Source: the human T2T-CHM13v2.0 reference genome, Homo sapiens
NCBI RefSeq assembly: GCF_009914755.1
Contig: NC_060947.1
DNA length: 64,000 nt
Reading direction: 5' to 3' (one strand)
The translations under genes were made by a program, and so were the position numbers. Positions 30,555 through 43,386 of the stretch are shown here, in pieces (position 1 is the stretch's first letter; each line of letters starts with the position of its first letter). Below the pieces are notes generated by a model. It did not search any database. It was not told where the DNA came from and saw only the letters and a list, made by a program, of their open reading frames with translations.

Positions 30555-31890
30555 TATTAATTTTATTGGGGGTGTAATTGGAATAAAATGCAGTACAAAC
30601 ATTTTGAGTGTGCATTACGATAAAATTTGTCAATACAAATGTGTAACCACCATCACAATCGTGACATAGAACATTTCCATCAGCCTAAAAAAAGTTCCCT
30701 CTTGAGCCTTTGCTTTCTGTCACAATGGAATAATTTGGGTTTTTTTAGGATTTCATACAAATGCAGTCATGCAATATGTCATACTCCGTGACTAGCTTTT
30801 TTCCCTCAGTGTAAAGTTTTGAGATTCATTCACGTTATTGTGTATCAATAGTTTATTTATTTCTACTACTGTATTCCATTATTTGTGTTGTTTGAATATT
30901 TAACAGGTTTTTTTTCTACTCATCTGTTGGTACTACTTTGGTCGTTTCCAGTGGTCAAATATTACAAAGAAAGCTGACATTAACATTTATGTACAATGCT
31001 CCGTATAGACTTAAATTTCTTGTCTCTTGGATAAATACTTAGGAGTGAAATTGCTGGTTCATGGGGAAGCATGTGTAATCTTTTTTTTTTGTTATCTTTT
31101 TTTTTCTTTTTTGTATTATACTTTAAGTTTTAGGGTACATGTGCACAACGTGCAGGTTAGTTACATATGTATACATGTGCCATGTTGGTGTGCTGCACCC
31201 ATTAACTCGTCATTTAACATTAGGTATATCTCTTAATGCTATCCCTCCCCCCTCCCCCCACCCCACAACAGGCCCCGGTGTGTGATGTTCCCCTTCCTGT
31301 GTCCATGTGTTCTCATTGTTCAATTCCCACCTATGAGTGAGAACATGTGGTGTTTGGTTTTTTGTCCTTACGATAGTTCTTTTAAGAAAATGATAGATCT
31401 TTTAAAATTGGTTATACCATTTTATGCTACCCCAACAGTGTATGAGAATTCTCATCACTGTACGTCTTCATCAATATCTAGTTCTGTTAGTGTTTTAATT
31501 TTAGTGAGGGTGTACTGGTAGCCCATGGTGGCATTTAATTGCATTTTCTTAATTACAAATGAAGTTGTTCCAGCAACAGTTATTGAAAAGCCCAGCATTT
31601 TCCATTGGTACTTTAGTTGAATTTATCTATTGAACACATATGTGTAGGATTATTTTTAAACTTTCTATTCCGTTCATTTAAACTACTTATTTATCCTTAC
31701 ATCACTAATACACCATCTTGGTGCCCATGATAATGCTTGAAATCAGGCAGAGTAGCCCTTCAATTTGCCCTCCCTTTAAAATTTTATTTAGGCTGCTCTA
31801 GACCCTTCACATTTTCATATGAATTTAAGAATCAGCTTGTATATTTCCACAAAAATATTCTGTTCTGGACATTGTAAAATCTATGTAAAG
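30555..31890 (-). mobile_element. Old L1ME/MD-like fragment hosting the L1PA fragment
   Basis: TGTGTAACCACCATCACAATC..ATAGAACATTTCCATCA; TTGGATAAATACTTAGGAGTGAAATTGCTGG; TTCACATTTTCATATGAATTTAAGAATCAGCTTG. Confidence 0.7.
31081..31378 (-). mobile_element. Severely 5'-truncated L1PA (PA4-like) 3' end
   Basis: T-tail, then TATTATACTTTAAGTTTTAGGGTACATGTGCACAACGTGCAGG...CCTATGAGTGAGAACATG. Confidence 0.92.
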
Positions 31891-32064
31891 TAACGAATAA
31901 GCCTCCAGCCTCTTCTGGAATGACAGAGGCTGCTGAGTACTTTTCTAAGTTAGCATAGATTAAAGCTATTTTAAGTGTTTCTAAGTATTTTGCAAGCACT
32001 TTGCAATGATAAATGGGAGACTGGGTATGAAAGTGACTTTTGAACATCCAAGAATTGTGTAGGA

Positions 32065-32175
32065 TTGTGTATACGTGTGTATGTATGTATATAGTGTATG
32101 TGTGTATGTGTATCTACACATATACAGATACAGATAAGAAGAGACAGAGAGACAGAGAGAGATGAGAAAGAGAGA
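32065..32175 (+). repeat. Degenerate (TG/TA)n plus GA-rich tract
   Basis: Directly visible. Confidence 0.75.
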
Positions 32176-32974
32176 ATATTTATTATTTTAAAAGAGTACA
32201 TTTGAATATATTATTGAAAGACCAGTCTTGTGTCTTGTAGAATTTGCACCAGTTCACAAAAAGCCCATAGAAAATCCACTGAAATGTTGGACATTCGAGA
32301 TTAGTAACACTTGACAGTAAAGGAAACTGTTATGCCTTTGGGCCAAATTTGTATTTCTAGGTATGACATCGAGTTAATTTTTTTTGTGCTTCATCCTTCA
32401 GGAAAACCAACCTTAGCTTGCTTATTAATTCTTGAAGGAACACTACAATAAAAATAAATCCTATAATATTAACTTAATACATTGTTTTTCATGTTCTAAT
32501 TTTGTTAAATTTGCATAAGTTGTGGATCACTAGTATTTCTCAATATTTAGGTTCAAATATGCATGGTCGTGTGTCTTTATTCTCTCTTCAACATGCCCCT
32601 CCAGTGACAAATTAGCAAAGAAAAGTGCAATTTGTATTTTGTATAGTTCAAGTTCTCTCAGGATGTGTCATAATATCCTATTAGACAGTAGTAGTGTAGT
32701 GACAGGGAAGATAAAGAGGTTCTGGTCTGTGCTTTGAATGCTGAACTTATTTGTATTAAGAATGTGACAGTTGGATGGACTTCTGAAACCTGTGAAGCTG
32801 CTTCTAAAATCTCTCATTGACCTAATCTCTACAGTACAGGATATGTGTACAGTGTTTTTGCTCTAAGCAAAAGGATGTAACACTATATTACAGAGTAAAG
32901 TTAAATTCCCATAACCATCGCCCTTTTGAAATGTATTCATGTGCAACTTTAAGTGAGGCTTCTAAGACCCTACC

Positions 32975-33933
32975 GATATCGGAGGAACCCACCCCTGATA
33001 ATTCAATGTGGGTTCTTTTCTATTTCCCCAAGTGTCAGCCGGTCTGAGAAATAAAGGGACAGAGTACAAAAGAGAGAAATTTTAAAGCTGGGTGTCCGGG
33101 GGGAGACATCACATGTCGGCAGGTTCTGTGATGCCCCCTGAGCTGTAAAGCCAGCAAGTTTTTATTAGCAATTTTCAGAGGTGAGGGAGTGTACGAATAG
33201 GGTGTGGATCACAGAGATCACATGCTTCAAGGGTGACAAAAAAATCACAAGGCAGAAGGTCAGGGCGAAACTAGAATCACTATTGAACTTCCATGTCCCT
33301 CTGTGCACGCGTTGTCGGGGTTCAAGAGCAGAGAACCAGTCTGACTAGAATTCGCCAGGCTGGAATTTCCTAATCCTGGCAAGCCTGGGGGTGCTGCAGG
33401 AGACTAGGGCCTGTTTCATTCCTATCTACATCTGCATAAGGCAGACATTCCCAGGGTGGCCATTTTAGAGGCCCTGCCCTGATAATGCATTCTTTTCCCA
33501 GGGCTGTTAATTATTAATATTCCTTATTGGGGAAAGAATTCAGCGATATTTCTCTTACCCATTTTCGGTAATAAGAGAAATATGGCTCTGTCCTGCTTGG
33601 CCCACAGGCAGCCAGACTTTAAGGTTATCTCCCTTGTTCCCTGAAAATCACTGTTATCCTGCTCTTAAGGTGCCCAGATTTCATATTGTTCAAACACACG
33701 TGCTCTACAAACAATTTGTGCAGTTAATGCAATCATCACAGGGTCCTGAGGCGACATACATCCTCAGTTTATGAAGATGACAGGATTAAGAGATTAAAGC
33801 AAAGACAGACACAGGAAATCACAAGAGTATTGATTGCGGAAGTGTTAAATGTCCGTGAAATCTTCACAATTGATGTTCTTCTGCCATGGCTTCAGCTGGT
33901 CCCTCCGTTCAGGGTCCCTGACTTCTTTCAACA
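32975..33933 (-). mobile_element. MER11 (HERV-K11/HML-8) solo LTR
   Basis: The minus strand starts TGTTGAAAGAAGTCAGGGACCCTGAACGGAGGGACCAGCTGAAGCCATGGCAGAAG and ends GGTTCCTCCGATA. Imperfect 6-bp TSD CCTACC/CCTATC. Confidence 0.9.
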
Positions 33934-34364
33934 CCTATCCTGTCATTCTCTAGAGAGCTTGTTCCTGAAGCATGGTGCTAAGTCCATATGCAGCAGATGG
34001 AGCTCATGAGAAAAGAGTTGCTCTTGTGAAGACCAAAGCTTGGTAAGTGACCGCTTTGTTATTTGAATTTGGTCATTCACAAATTAGAGTTTATGCAGAG
34101 GCCATCAAAATGCTCAAAGCCTGTGTACTGTTAGGTGAAGACCTGTAAAAGTAACTGAGGACGATCAACATGAAGACTTGTAGATGACATGACGATGCTC
34201 TTTAGAAATGTTATGTTTCCATCTGGATGAATATTTTGTAAATAAAAGGTGTTAATTTTCAGATAAAATTAGAAACTTAAAAAAATAATAATTAGCATTA
34301 TCTCATGAAGTTGTGAGTTAAAATGTCAGAATGCTGAGCTTTTTTTTCTTTTTTAATTAGACAA

Positions 34365-34570
34365 AATATGGGATTTGAAGTCAGGTAGAAAGCTGCTATT
34401 ACATCTGGGCCCCATCACTTACTAACTTTGTGAATTTAGACAAGTTGTTTAGAATTTCTGTTTCTCAGTTTCCTTATCTGTAAAATAACCTAACTCCTAG
34501 AGTCATACTGTGAAACTATGTGACATAGTGTGTGCAGCACCTAGCACAGTGCTCAGCTCATAGGACATTA
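34365..34570 (+). mobile_element. MIR
   Basis: CACTTACTAACTTTGTGAATTTAGACAAGTT...CTCAGTTTCCTTATCTGTAAAAT core. Confidence 0.8.
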
Positions 34571-34639
34571 TTTTGTCTCTGTCAATGAAGTATTTCCAGC
34601 TGAGCTGAATGCTTATGTGTGGGACTGAGGTAAGAAGGC

Positions 34640-35027
34640 TGTATTAGTCTGTTTTCATACTGCTATCAGGAACTGCCCGAGACTGGGTAATTTTTAAAAG
34701 AAAGGGGCTTAATTGACTGACAGTTCAGCATGGCTGGGGAGGCCTCAGGAAACTTACAATCATGGTGGAAGGTGAAGGGGAAGCAAGGCAAAGTTTTCAC
34801 AAAGCATCAGGAAGGAGAAGTGCTGAGTGAAGGGGGAAGAGACCCTTATGAAACCATCCGATCTTGTGAGAACTCACTCAGTATCACTAGAACAGCATGG
34901 TGGAAACCACTCCCTTGATTCTATTACCTCCATCTGGTCTCTCCTTTGACACGTGGGGATTATGGGGATTATGGGAATTACAATTCAATATGAGATTTGG
35001 GTGGGGACACAAAGCCTAACCATATCA
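34640..35027 (-). mobile_element. THE1D-like MaLR solo LTR
   Basis: TGTATTAG...CAAAGCCTAACCATATCA with perfect 5-bp TSD AAGGC. Confidence 0.92.
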
Positions 35028-35849
35028 AAGGCTTTCCCAGTTTTAGTAAAAAAAAAAAAAAAACAAAAAACAAAAAACAAAAAACTCAATTATCTTTAAA
35101 GTCTCTTCCAACTCTGCAATTCTGTGTATCATCTTCTAACTTGTAATTATTTTTGTTTCAAATCAGACAGTGTGACATAATACAATAAACATTTTTTGTG
35201 CAAAAATACTCCACTACTCAAATACTTAATACTCATTAAATGAGTAAGTATAGAAAATCCTTACAATCTACTCCGAAGCGCAGATGATTATAAACAGTAA
35301 AATCTGATCACATTTCCTCTGTATATCTATTTTAATAACTTATGCTTGACCTATGAGTTTATAGTGAATGTCAGATTCTATCTATTCAGCACTGCTGCCA
35401 ATTTTCAGCTTCAGGAAGTCAGAAAGTATAAGGCATGAAGTGTTAGTTCTGCTCAATTGTCCAGCTGACTCTTCTGACAGCATGAAAAGATTTTGTCTGT
35501 GAAGAAGTTGCCAGTTGTCCTTATAAGGTTAGGAGCTGAGTTTGAATCTCTTTATTTAGCTATTTTACATCTTACATGAGTGAAATGATGTAAATCTTTG
35601 CAAAACATTTTTTTACATTTTTAGCTTGTGAAAATTCTTTACTCCCGACACCTCCAGTGCAAAATAGCACTTTCCTGTTTTATCTACAAAATGGCCTCCT
35701 TTCAGAATATCCCTGGTGCTAATATTAGATTAATATGTGGATTTTCATGAAAAAGATGTCTCCAACTTTTTTTTTATTTAAATTGTCATTCCTTTATAGA
35801 TTTCTCTTTGACTTTTCAGACTGAGGACCCTAAACCATTTCCAGTCACC

Positions 35850-36300
35850 CTATGCTTTCTGTATCTTCACACTATATGTACTGTGGAGATTGTCTATGAT
35901 TTTTACAACATTTAATTTCTCTGCTTTTGTATGCCTCTTTGGATTTCCTGGCACTATTCAGAACTTTTCTGGCTTCTTTGGCTTCTCTCATTTCTAATCA
36001 CTTAGTGAACATCTCTGCTGGGTTGTTCTATATAAACCTCAAATATCAAATTCAGCGTATACAAACTGTGCTCATCCCTCCAATCTGCCCTAACTTGCTT
36101 CTTTCCCCATATTCCCTTTCTGGCATCCTCATAAAAGAATCCTGGAAGTCATCTTAGACTACTTTCCATACATACCCACATATTTATCACTTGTGGCACT
36201 CTTCATTTCCTTCTGTGTATTCACGTTACCATCCAGTGCCATTTGATAGTTCGCATCAATCAGTGTTATAACAATAAACTGATTTTTTTCTTCTGCCATC
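35850..36300 (+). mobile_element. Degraded L2
   Basis: GAACATCTCTGCTGGGTTGTTCTA..ACCTCAAA; AATCCTGGAAGTCATCTTAGAC. Confidence 0.45.
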
Positions 36301-36414
36301 TCAATTTGGCTGTTGAGACGATATATATAGTGGATTTTTCATTTCTGTCATTTTACCTTTCAAATCCACAATTTGTATCTGGTTCTTTTCTTAATACTTA
36401 CCAGTATTTATTGT

Positions 36415-36487
36415 ATTTATATATTTTATATATATATGTGTGTGTGTGTATATATATACACATATATATATATATAAAATATATATT
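36415..36487 (+). repeat. (TA)n/(TG)n microsatellite
   Basis: Directly visible. Confidence 0.9.
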
Positions 36488-36499
36488 TTCTCGTAGTTA

Positions 36500-36750
36500 A
36501 AGCAGGCATATGGGAGTACTTGAAACCACCTCTCAGAGAGGTGGCTTTCTGAAACTGTCTCAAAAGCCAGAAAGTCTCTTTCCCAGAACTGTCTTGCAAA
36601 ATGTTTTCACCTCTCATTGGCTCTAATCATCATAGGCCAACCCCCCTGAATGCAATCATTGGTAAGGGGATGGGATTACCATGATAAGCTTTAATTAAAC
36701 AGTACTCATTCTTAGAGATGAAGACAATTCCCCAAACTAAATAGCTGCTG
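36500..36750 (-). mobile_element. Old MLT1-type LTR fragment
   Basis: TCTCTTTCCCAGAA..CTCTCATTGGC..CCCCTGAATGCAATCATTGGTAAGGGGATGGGATTACCATGAT. Confidence 0.45.
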
Positions 36751-37104
36751 ATTAATGCTGTATTTGTGTGTGTTTGTGTGTGTGTGCTGGGAGAAATGGA
36801 TTGAATTCTGGTAATTCTAATATAATGTTCAATAATGTATTTTTGAAGAAAATAATTGTGAGTGCTGATCCAGTTTTTGAAATGGTGGCTAGTTTATAGA
36901 CCTTTCTACTTCTTCCTGAGTTAATTTTGGTGGTTTAGACATCTTTAGAAAAATATTCATTTTTTTCTGATTTTTTCAAATGTGTTTACAATTTGCTATT
37001 CATTAACATCTTTGTTTCCTTCCTTCCCCTTTTGGGGAGGCTGTTCTCTTGTTCCTGATTTGAATGTTAACTTCTATTTTTAAGATGTTATTTAAAAATG
37101 AATT

Positions 37105-37951
37105 AATATTTTTGTACCCATTAACCATCCCCACCTCTCCACTAACCCCCACTACCCTGCCCAGCCTCTGGTAGCCATCCTTCTACTCTCTATGCCCATG
37201 AGTTCAAGTGTTCTGATTTTTAGATTTCACAAATATATGAGAACATGTGATGTTTTGTCTTTCTGTGCCTGGCTTATTTCACTTAACATAATAATCTCCA
37301 GTTCCATTCATGTGGTTGCAAATGACTGGATTTCATTCTTTTTTTACGGCTGACTAGTACTCCATTGTGTATATGTACCACATTTTCTTTATCCATTCAT
37401 CTGTTGATGAGCACTTACATTGTTTTCAAATCTTGGCTATTGTGAACAGTGTTGCAACAAACATGGGAGTGCAGATATTTCTTTGATATACTGATTTTGT
37501 TTCTTGTGGGTATATACCTAGCAGTGGGATTGCTGGATCATATTGTAGCTCTATGTTTTGTTTTTAAGGAGCCTCCATACTGTTCTCCATAGTGATTTTA
37601 CTAATTTACATTCCCACCGACAGCCTACGATGATTCCCATTTTTTCCCACATCCTCACCAACATTTGTTATTGTCTTTCTTTCGGATATAAAGTATTTTA
37701 ATTGGGGTGACATGATATCTTGTAGTTTTTATTTGCATTTATTTGATTATTAATGATACTGAGCACCTTTTAACTGAGCACCATTTGGCAAATGGCAAAA
37801 ATGCCTGTTTGCCATTGTATGTCTTCATTGGAGAATGTCTATTCAGATCTTTTGCCTATTTTAAATATGAGATTATTAGATTTTTTTCTATAGAATTGTT
37901 TGAGTTCCTTATAAATTCTGGTTATTAATTCCTTGTCAGATGGGTAGTTTT
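37105..37951 (-). mobile_element. L1MA2/3-like 3' fragment lacking the terminal ~270 bp
   Basis: TTTTGTACCCATTAACCATCCCC...CAGCCTCTGGTAGCCATCC...CCTTGTCAGATGGGTAGTTT. Confidence 0.88.
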
Positions 37952-38338
37952 TGAATCTATGGGAGGGCAAAGGAAGGAGTACTTCATTTGAAGAAAATTA
38001 GGGGAAATGAAGGAGAAGTGAAAAACGTGTCTCCTTGGAACCATGTATAAAGGTTTTTCCAAGACTAAAAGAATTCCATTAGAATTTCAGGCAGAAGACA
38101 AAGACTGAGCAAAAGCTTATGGAAAATGACAGTATGTCTAACACCAAGGACTGTAGCCCTGGCTCATGGAATTGTTGCTTGTTTGTATTTGCTGGGCATT
38201 CCATACTTGCATTGAATTTGGTGCCTGAAAGATGCCCATCCTCCTGAGTCATTGGATCTGAACACTGCCTTGGATCATGATTCCATCATTTCTATGTTTA
38301 ATGCCCAGACCTGAACCTATTTCCTTTATGTAAATCTT

Positions 38339-38800
38339 TCCATCCATCCATCTATCCATCCATTCATCTGCCCATCCATCTTCTACCTAGCTACAATTTA
38401 GTTAATGCTTACTAATGCAATCATATACAGAGGAACTCAGTCAGGTTAAGACACAAATATATAGAAAGCTATTACCTAGGTCTTCCCCCAAATAAATGAG
38501 GCATAGAATTGCTTAACAAAATAGATGCAATTCTTACATTTAAGGAACTCACAGCTAATGGAGAAAGCAGGCAAATAAGCAATTACAGTTCAGTGTGGCA
38601 AGTACTGATATAAGTAAACTTAGCATGCTATGAGAACCTGGAGACTGGTCACCTCACCCTGCCTGGAGTTACAGCAAAGGCTTTTCAGAAAAAAGGATAG
38701 CTATAAGTTTGAAGTTAGCCAGGGTGAGGATAAATATTTCAAGAAGTAGAAGAAATTTATGAAGACCTAGAGTTAAGAGAGAATGACATATTTAGGAAAT
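38339..38800 (-). mobile_element. (TCCA)n tail plus degraded L2
   Basis: (TCCA)n at 38339-38380, then TTAGTTAATGCTTACT and GGAACTCACAGCTAATGGAGAAAGCAG. Confidence 0.55.
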
Positions 38801-39986
38801 AAAAGTAATCCACTGGAAAGAATGCTGACACCTCCTTTGTTATGGGTTAGGAATTTGTCAAAAAACCAAAAGCATGGGCAAAAGAATAAGAATTAAAAAG
38901 GCTAACTAGACAGGTACTGTGAGTGAACTTCTACTTCAATGACTTTGGAAGCCACTTCCTGTGCTCAATTATTCAGCTTTGTTTCAGAAGTTTCATATGT
39001 ACTATTTTTAAATGAGTTTATATTTTGGGTTTATTAAACATCTGAGGTCATGCTAACATTCTGTCCTTAGGTCAAGGTAAAAAGTAGGTAGAGAGGAACT
39101 CACCATTTAAATTTGAAGTTGATAAATAATAAAAGAAACCCAATCCATATTTATCATATGTTTATTCCTAGTCAGAATGTTGTTTAATAAAAACTGTCTA
39201 ATGTTTCCAGAAGATTTATTAGCTGCTGCTAAGCTCTTTAGGGAAATGTCACTGATTTTGTGAGGTCATGCAAAATTGAATCAGGTATTTGGAGTTTTGT
39301 TCCTGATTCTACCACTGACTCACTTCGGGCCTACCTTTGAGGCCTTTTTATGTGAGGCCAAAACATTTTTTCTTACAAGGAGAACAAACTTTGGAGCTTC
39401 TTGAAGGGACTGCTTTGTTTATACAGGTATAAATTATTTATTAGGAAGGTCGAACTTTCAGATTCTTTCATGAATAGCAGAAGTTCCTTATAGGGTAAGA
39501 GCTAAGCCCTTACCTGGGAAATCGAGCCAGCAACAAAAGGAGTTTCCAAGAAATAAACTAGGCCTAGGAAACACATATATGAAAATCTGACAAACAGATA
39601 AATATTTAGATAGTAGTTGGCACTGGAATTTCCAATTGTTTGGGAAGTTTGACATTCAGGGGATTAAACCATGGTCAAAAGTTGACAGGTGCTAAGTTGG
39701 GCACAGGACAAGGGCCATTCTCGGAATCACAACAAAGGAGTTAAGACCAAACAAAATTCCATCATAAGGAATGACACGAAATTGGAAATGGGAAAAAGGT
39801 TGGTGAGACCAGTGAAGAATAGTTATTTGGTAACAATGGGCATTCACTAATGGTCTCTATGGAAATCAGATCCAAGGTTTACTTATCAAGTGAGGAAGAT
39901 CTGGAGAAAAAATCAGAAATTACTCATTACAACTGGGCAACTAGTTCCCAGGTCTGCTGGTCTGCTCATTTCTGAGTCTGTGGCAG

Positions 39987-40026
39987 TGTATTTGTCAGGA
40001 GTTCTCTAGAAAATCAGAACCAACAG

Positions 40027-40077
<51 letters not shown>

Positions 40078-40446
40078 ATGAGAGAGAGAGAGACAGAGAC
40101 AGAGAGAGAGAGATTGTTTCATTTTAAGAAATTAGTTTTCATTATTGTGGAGGCTTGGGAAGTCCAAAATCTGCAGGGTGGGTCAGGAGGCTGGAGACCC
40201 AGTGAAGATTTACAGTCTTAAGTCCTTCTTCTTCCAGAAAGATCAGTCTTTTTTTATCAAGGCCTTCAGCTGATTGAATGAGCCTTTATCCACATTATGG
40301 AGGGCAGTCTGCCCTACCCAGGGTATACTAACTTAAATGTTAATTTCATCCAAAAACCACCATCACAGAAATATTCAAAATAATGTTTGATCAAATATCT
40401 GGGTACCATAGCCCAGCCGAGTTGACATACAATATTTGCCGTCATA
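39987..40446 (-). mobile_element. MLT2 (ERVL) solo LTR containing (CA)n/(GA)n
   Basis: TGTATTTGTCAGGAGTTCTCTAGAAAATCAGAACCAA...GCCCAGCCGAGTTGACATACAA; TSD GGCAG/GCCAG; (CA)n at 40030-40075. Confidence 0.85.
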
Positions 40447-41019
40447 GCCAGTGACTTAGACTTTAAGACCATGGTAAATAAATAGTTAACTGGGACCAGG
40501 ATTAACACTAGAATCCCTAAACACTGAAAGGATTATGATGCTTTCACCATACCTAATTCAAAAAAAACATAACATTAAATTATCCTTTTTTTGAAATAAT
40601 ATCTTACATGAATGCTGACTTTCCTAGTTATGTGTGTGTATGTTTGTGTGTATTCTCTATTTTTCTGGTTCCCTAAGCATACTTTTAGTCTATTATATAA
40701 TACAAGATCTCTTACCTTATTTGCTTCAAAAATTGAGGAAGTTTCCGAGGCTACAAGACACAGACATTAATGGACACGGTTTTCATGAGCTGGGGCCAAG
40801 ACAATCTGAGAAATGCATGAAGCAAAGGAGATGCACGCACGCACGTGTGTGTGTATGTGCGCGCGCGGTCATGTGTACTCACTAGTGATTTGAAAAATTG
40901 GTGAAAGAGTCTGAAATCAGAGATACCCAATTGGTATTGAGAAATATGAGGGCCTGACGTAGGATACTGATATTCGGTGGCTCAGAAAAGAGTGGTAATT
41001 TTCTATCCCATTATCTGTT

Positions 41020-41430
41020 CTATCAGTTTTCTTTTTAGTAATAAACCACCTCATTTTTAACTAGACTAATGGCTGCCCATAATAAGGCCATGTTTCTCAG
41101 TCATTCTTGCTTTGTGATGACTCAGTTTTTGCCAGTGAGATTAAGGCAGAAGTGCTATGCAGCAGTTTCTTGGCAAACAAATTAGAAGATTGCTCGTACG
41201 TTCATTTGCCCCTGTATTTCCTGTGTTTTTCTTTTTCCTTCTGGCTTCGATGTAGACATGATAGTTTCATATGATGTAGCTATCCTGGATCCCAGCCACC
41301 TTTTTTCTCCATGATTTGATGGACCTATGATAATAGCTGTTGCCTGAGATCTCAGGATTCTATTTAAGAATAAAATCAATTTCTGTTTTTAAAAATTATT
41401 TTTGTTATTTTTATTGTTATATAAAATCTC
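41020..41430 (+). mobile_element. LTR16/LTR33-like ERVL LTR fragment
   Basis: GACTCAGTTTTTGCCAGTGAGATTAAGGCAGAAGTG motif. Confidence 0.45.
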
Positions 41431-41829
41431 ATTCAACTGAAACAGATGATGCTGTCATTTTACACTATAAAGAACCAAAGTGTAACATGTTTGGGGAGCC
41501 AGATGTTACATTGTGTTTTATAATTCTGAATCTAGTATGTGTGCTGGCCTAATATTACCAATAAGGTTACTATTTCAGTTACTACTAAGCTACTATACAA
41601 ATGTAACGATGGTGATTATACCAAAACACAGTGAAATAGCCTCAGAAATAAGTGATAGCTTTTGGCTTCTCATGAGAGATGGCAATTATGTTATTTCTTT
41701 GTCAAAAATGTAATTGTATGATTTCCTGAGTCAACCTAGTACCATTTGTTGATAAATTTATCCTAGTAGTTTATAGTTCCTAATTGTAATTTTTATCTAA
41801 TTGTTCGCAACCTCAATTTTATAACTTTC

Positions 41830-43118
41830 CATTTTATATTTATTTATTTTAGATTCAAGAGATACATGTGCAGGTGTGTTACATGGATATATTTTGCAAT
41901 GCTGAAGTTTGGGCTTCTATTGACTCCATTACCCAAAATAGTGAGTGTAGTGCCCAATAGGTAGTTTTCAACCCTTGGTCCCTCCATCCCTCCTCCTTCT
42001 GAAGTCCCCAATGTCTATTGTTCTCAACTTTATGTCCATGTGTACACGTTATTTACCTCCTACTTATAAGTGAGAATATGTGGTGTTTGATTTTCTGTTT
42101 CTGAGTTATTTCACTTAGGATAATGCCTCTAGCTCCATTCATATTGCCGCGAAGGACATAATTTTATTCTTTTTTATGGCTATGTAGTATTCCATGATGT
42201 ATACGCAGCACATTTTCTTTATCCAGTCCAACATTGAGGTGTACTTAGGTTGATTCTATGAATTTGCTATTGTGAGTAGAGCTGTGATAAACATACAAAT
42301 GTACATGTCTTTTTGCTGGAACATTTTCTTTTCCTTTGGATGAATACCCAACATTGGGATTGCTGGGTCAAATGATAGTTCTACTTTTAGTTCTTTGAGA
42401 AATCTCCATAGTGTTTTCCACAGAGGTTGTACTAATTTACATTCCCACCAACAGTCTATAAGTGTTCCCTCTTCACCACATCCTTGCCAACATCTGATAA
42501 TTTTTGACTTTTTAGTAATAGCCAGTCGACTGGTGTGAGATCGTATCTCACTGTGGTTTCAATTCGCATTTCTCAGATGATTTGTGATATTGAGCATTTT
42601 TTCATATTGTTTATTTTTTGCTTGTGTATTCTGTCTTGAGAATTCTTTGTTCATATTCTTTGTCTACTTTTTGATTGTGTTATTTGCTTTTATCTTGTTG
42701 TTTTGCCCAAATTTCTTACAGATTCTGGATATTAGTTCTTTGATGGATGCATAGTTTGCAAATATTTTCTCGCATTCTGTAGGTCGTCTGTTTACCCTGT
42801 ACATTATTGTTATTTTTTCCTGTGGAGAAACTCTTTGGTTTAATTAAGTCTCAATTGTCAGTTTTTGTTTTTATTGCATTTACTTTTGAGCTCTTAGTAA
42901 TAAATTCTTTGCCTAAACCAATGTCCAGAAGAGTTTTTCCTAGTTTTTCTTCTAGAGTTTTGATAGTTTGAGGTCTTATATTTAAGTTTTCAATCCATTT
43001 TGAGTGAATTTTTGTATATGGTGAGAGGTAGAGGTCCAGTTTCATTGTTTTTCACATGGCTAGTTATTTTTCCCAGCACCATTCATTGAATAGGATGCCC
43101 TTCCCTCACTGTTTTTTG
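41830..43118 (-). mobile_element. L1PA16-like 3' portion
   Basis: GATTCAAGAGATACATGTGCAGG..GTTTGGGCTTCTATTGA..CCAATAGGTAGTTTTCAACCC 3'UTR, then the ORF2 C-terminus (KLDLYLSPYTKIHSKWIENLN). Confidence 0.88.
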
Positions 43119-43386
43119 TGTGGCCATATTGCCCAAAGCAATCTACAGATTCAATGCAATTCCTATCAAAATATCAACATCATTTTTCACAGAATTAGAA
43201 TAAAAGCAAATCTAAAATTCATATGGAACCAAAAAAAAATGCTGAATAGCCAAGGTAATCCTAAGCAAAAATAACAGAGCTGGAGGCATACATTATCTGA
43301 CTTCAAACTATACTACCCGCTATGGCATTCAAAACAGCATGGTACTGGTACAAAAAGAGACACGTAGACTCATGGAGCAGAATAGA
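43119..43386 (+). mobile_element. Inverted 5' segment of the same L1 (twin priming)
   Basis: GGCCATATTGCCCAAAGCAATCTACAGATTCAATGC...GGTACTGGTAC...GAATAGA, the ORF2 portion just upstream of where the minus piece starts. Confidence 0.85.
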
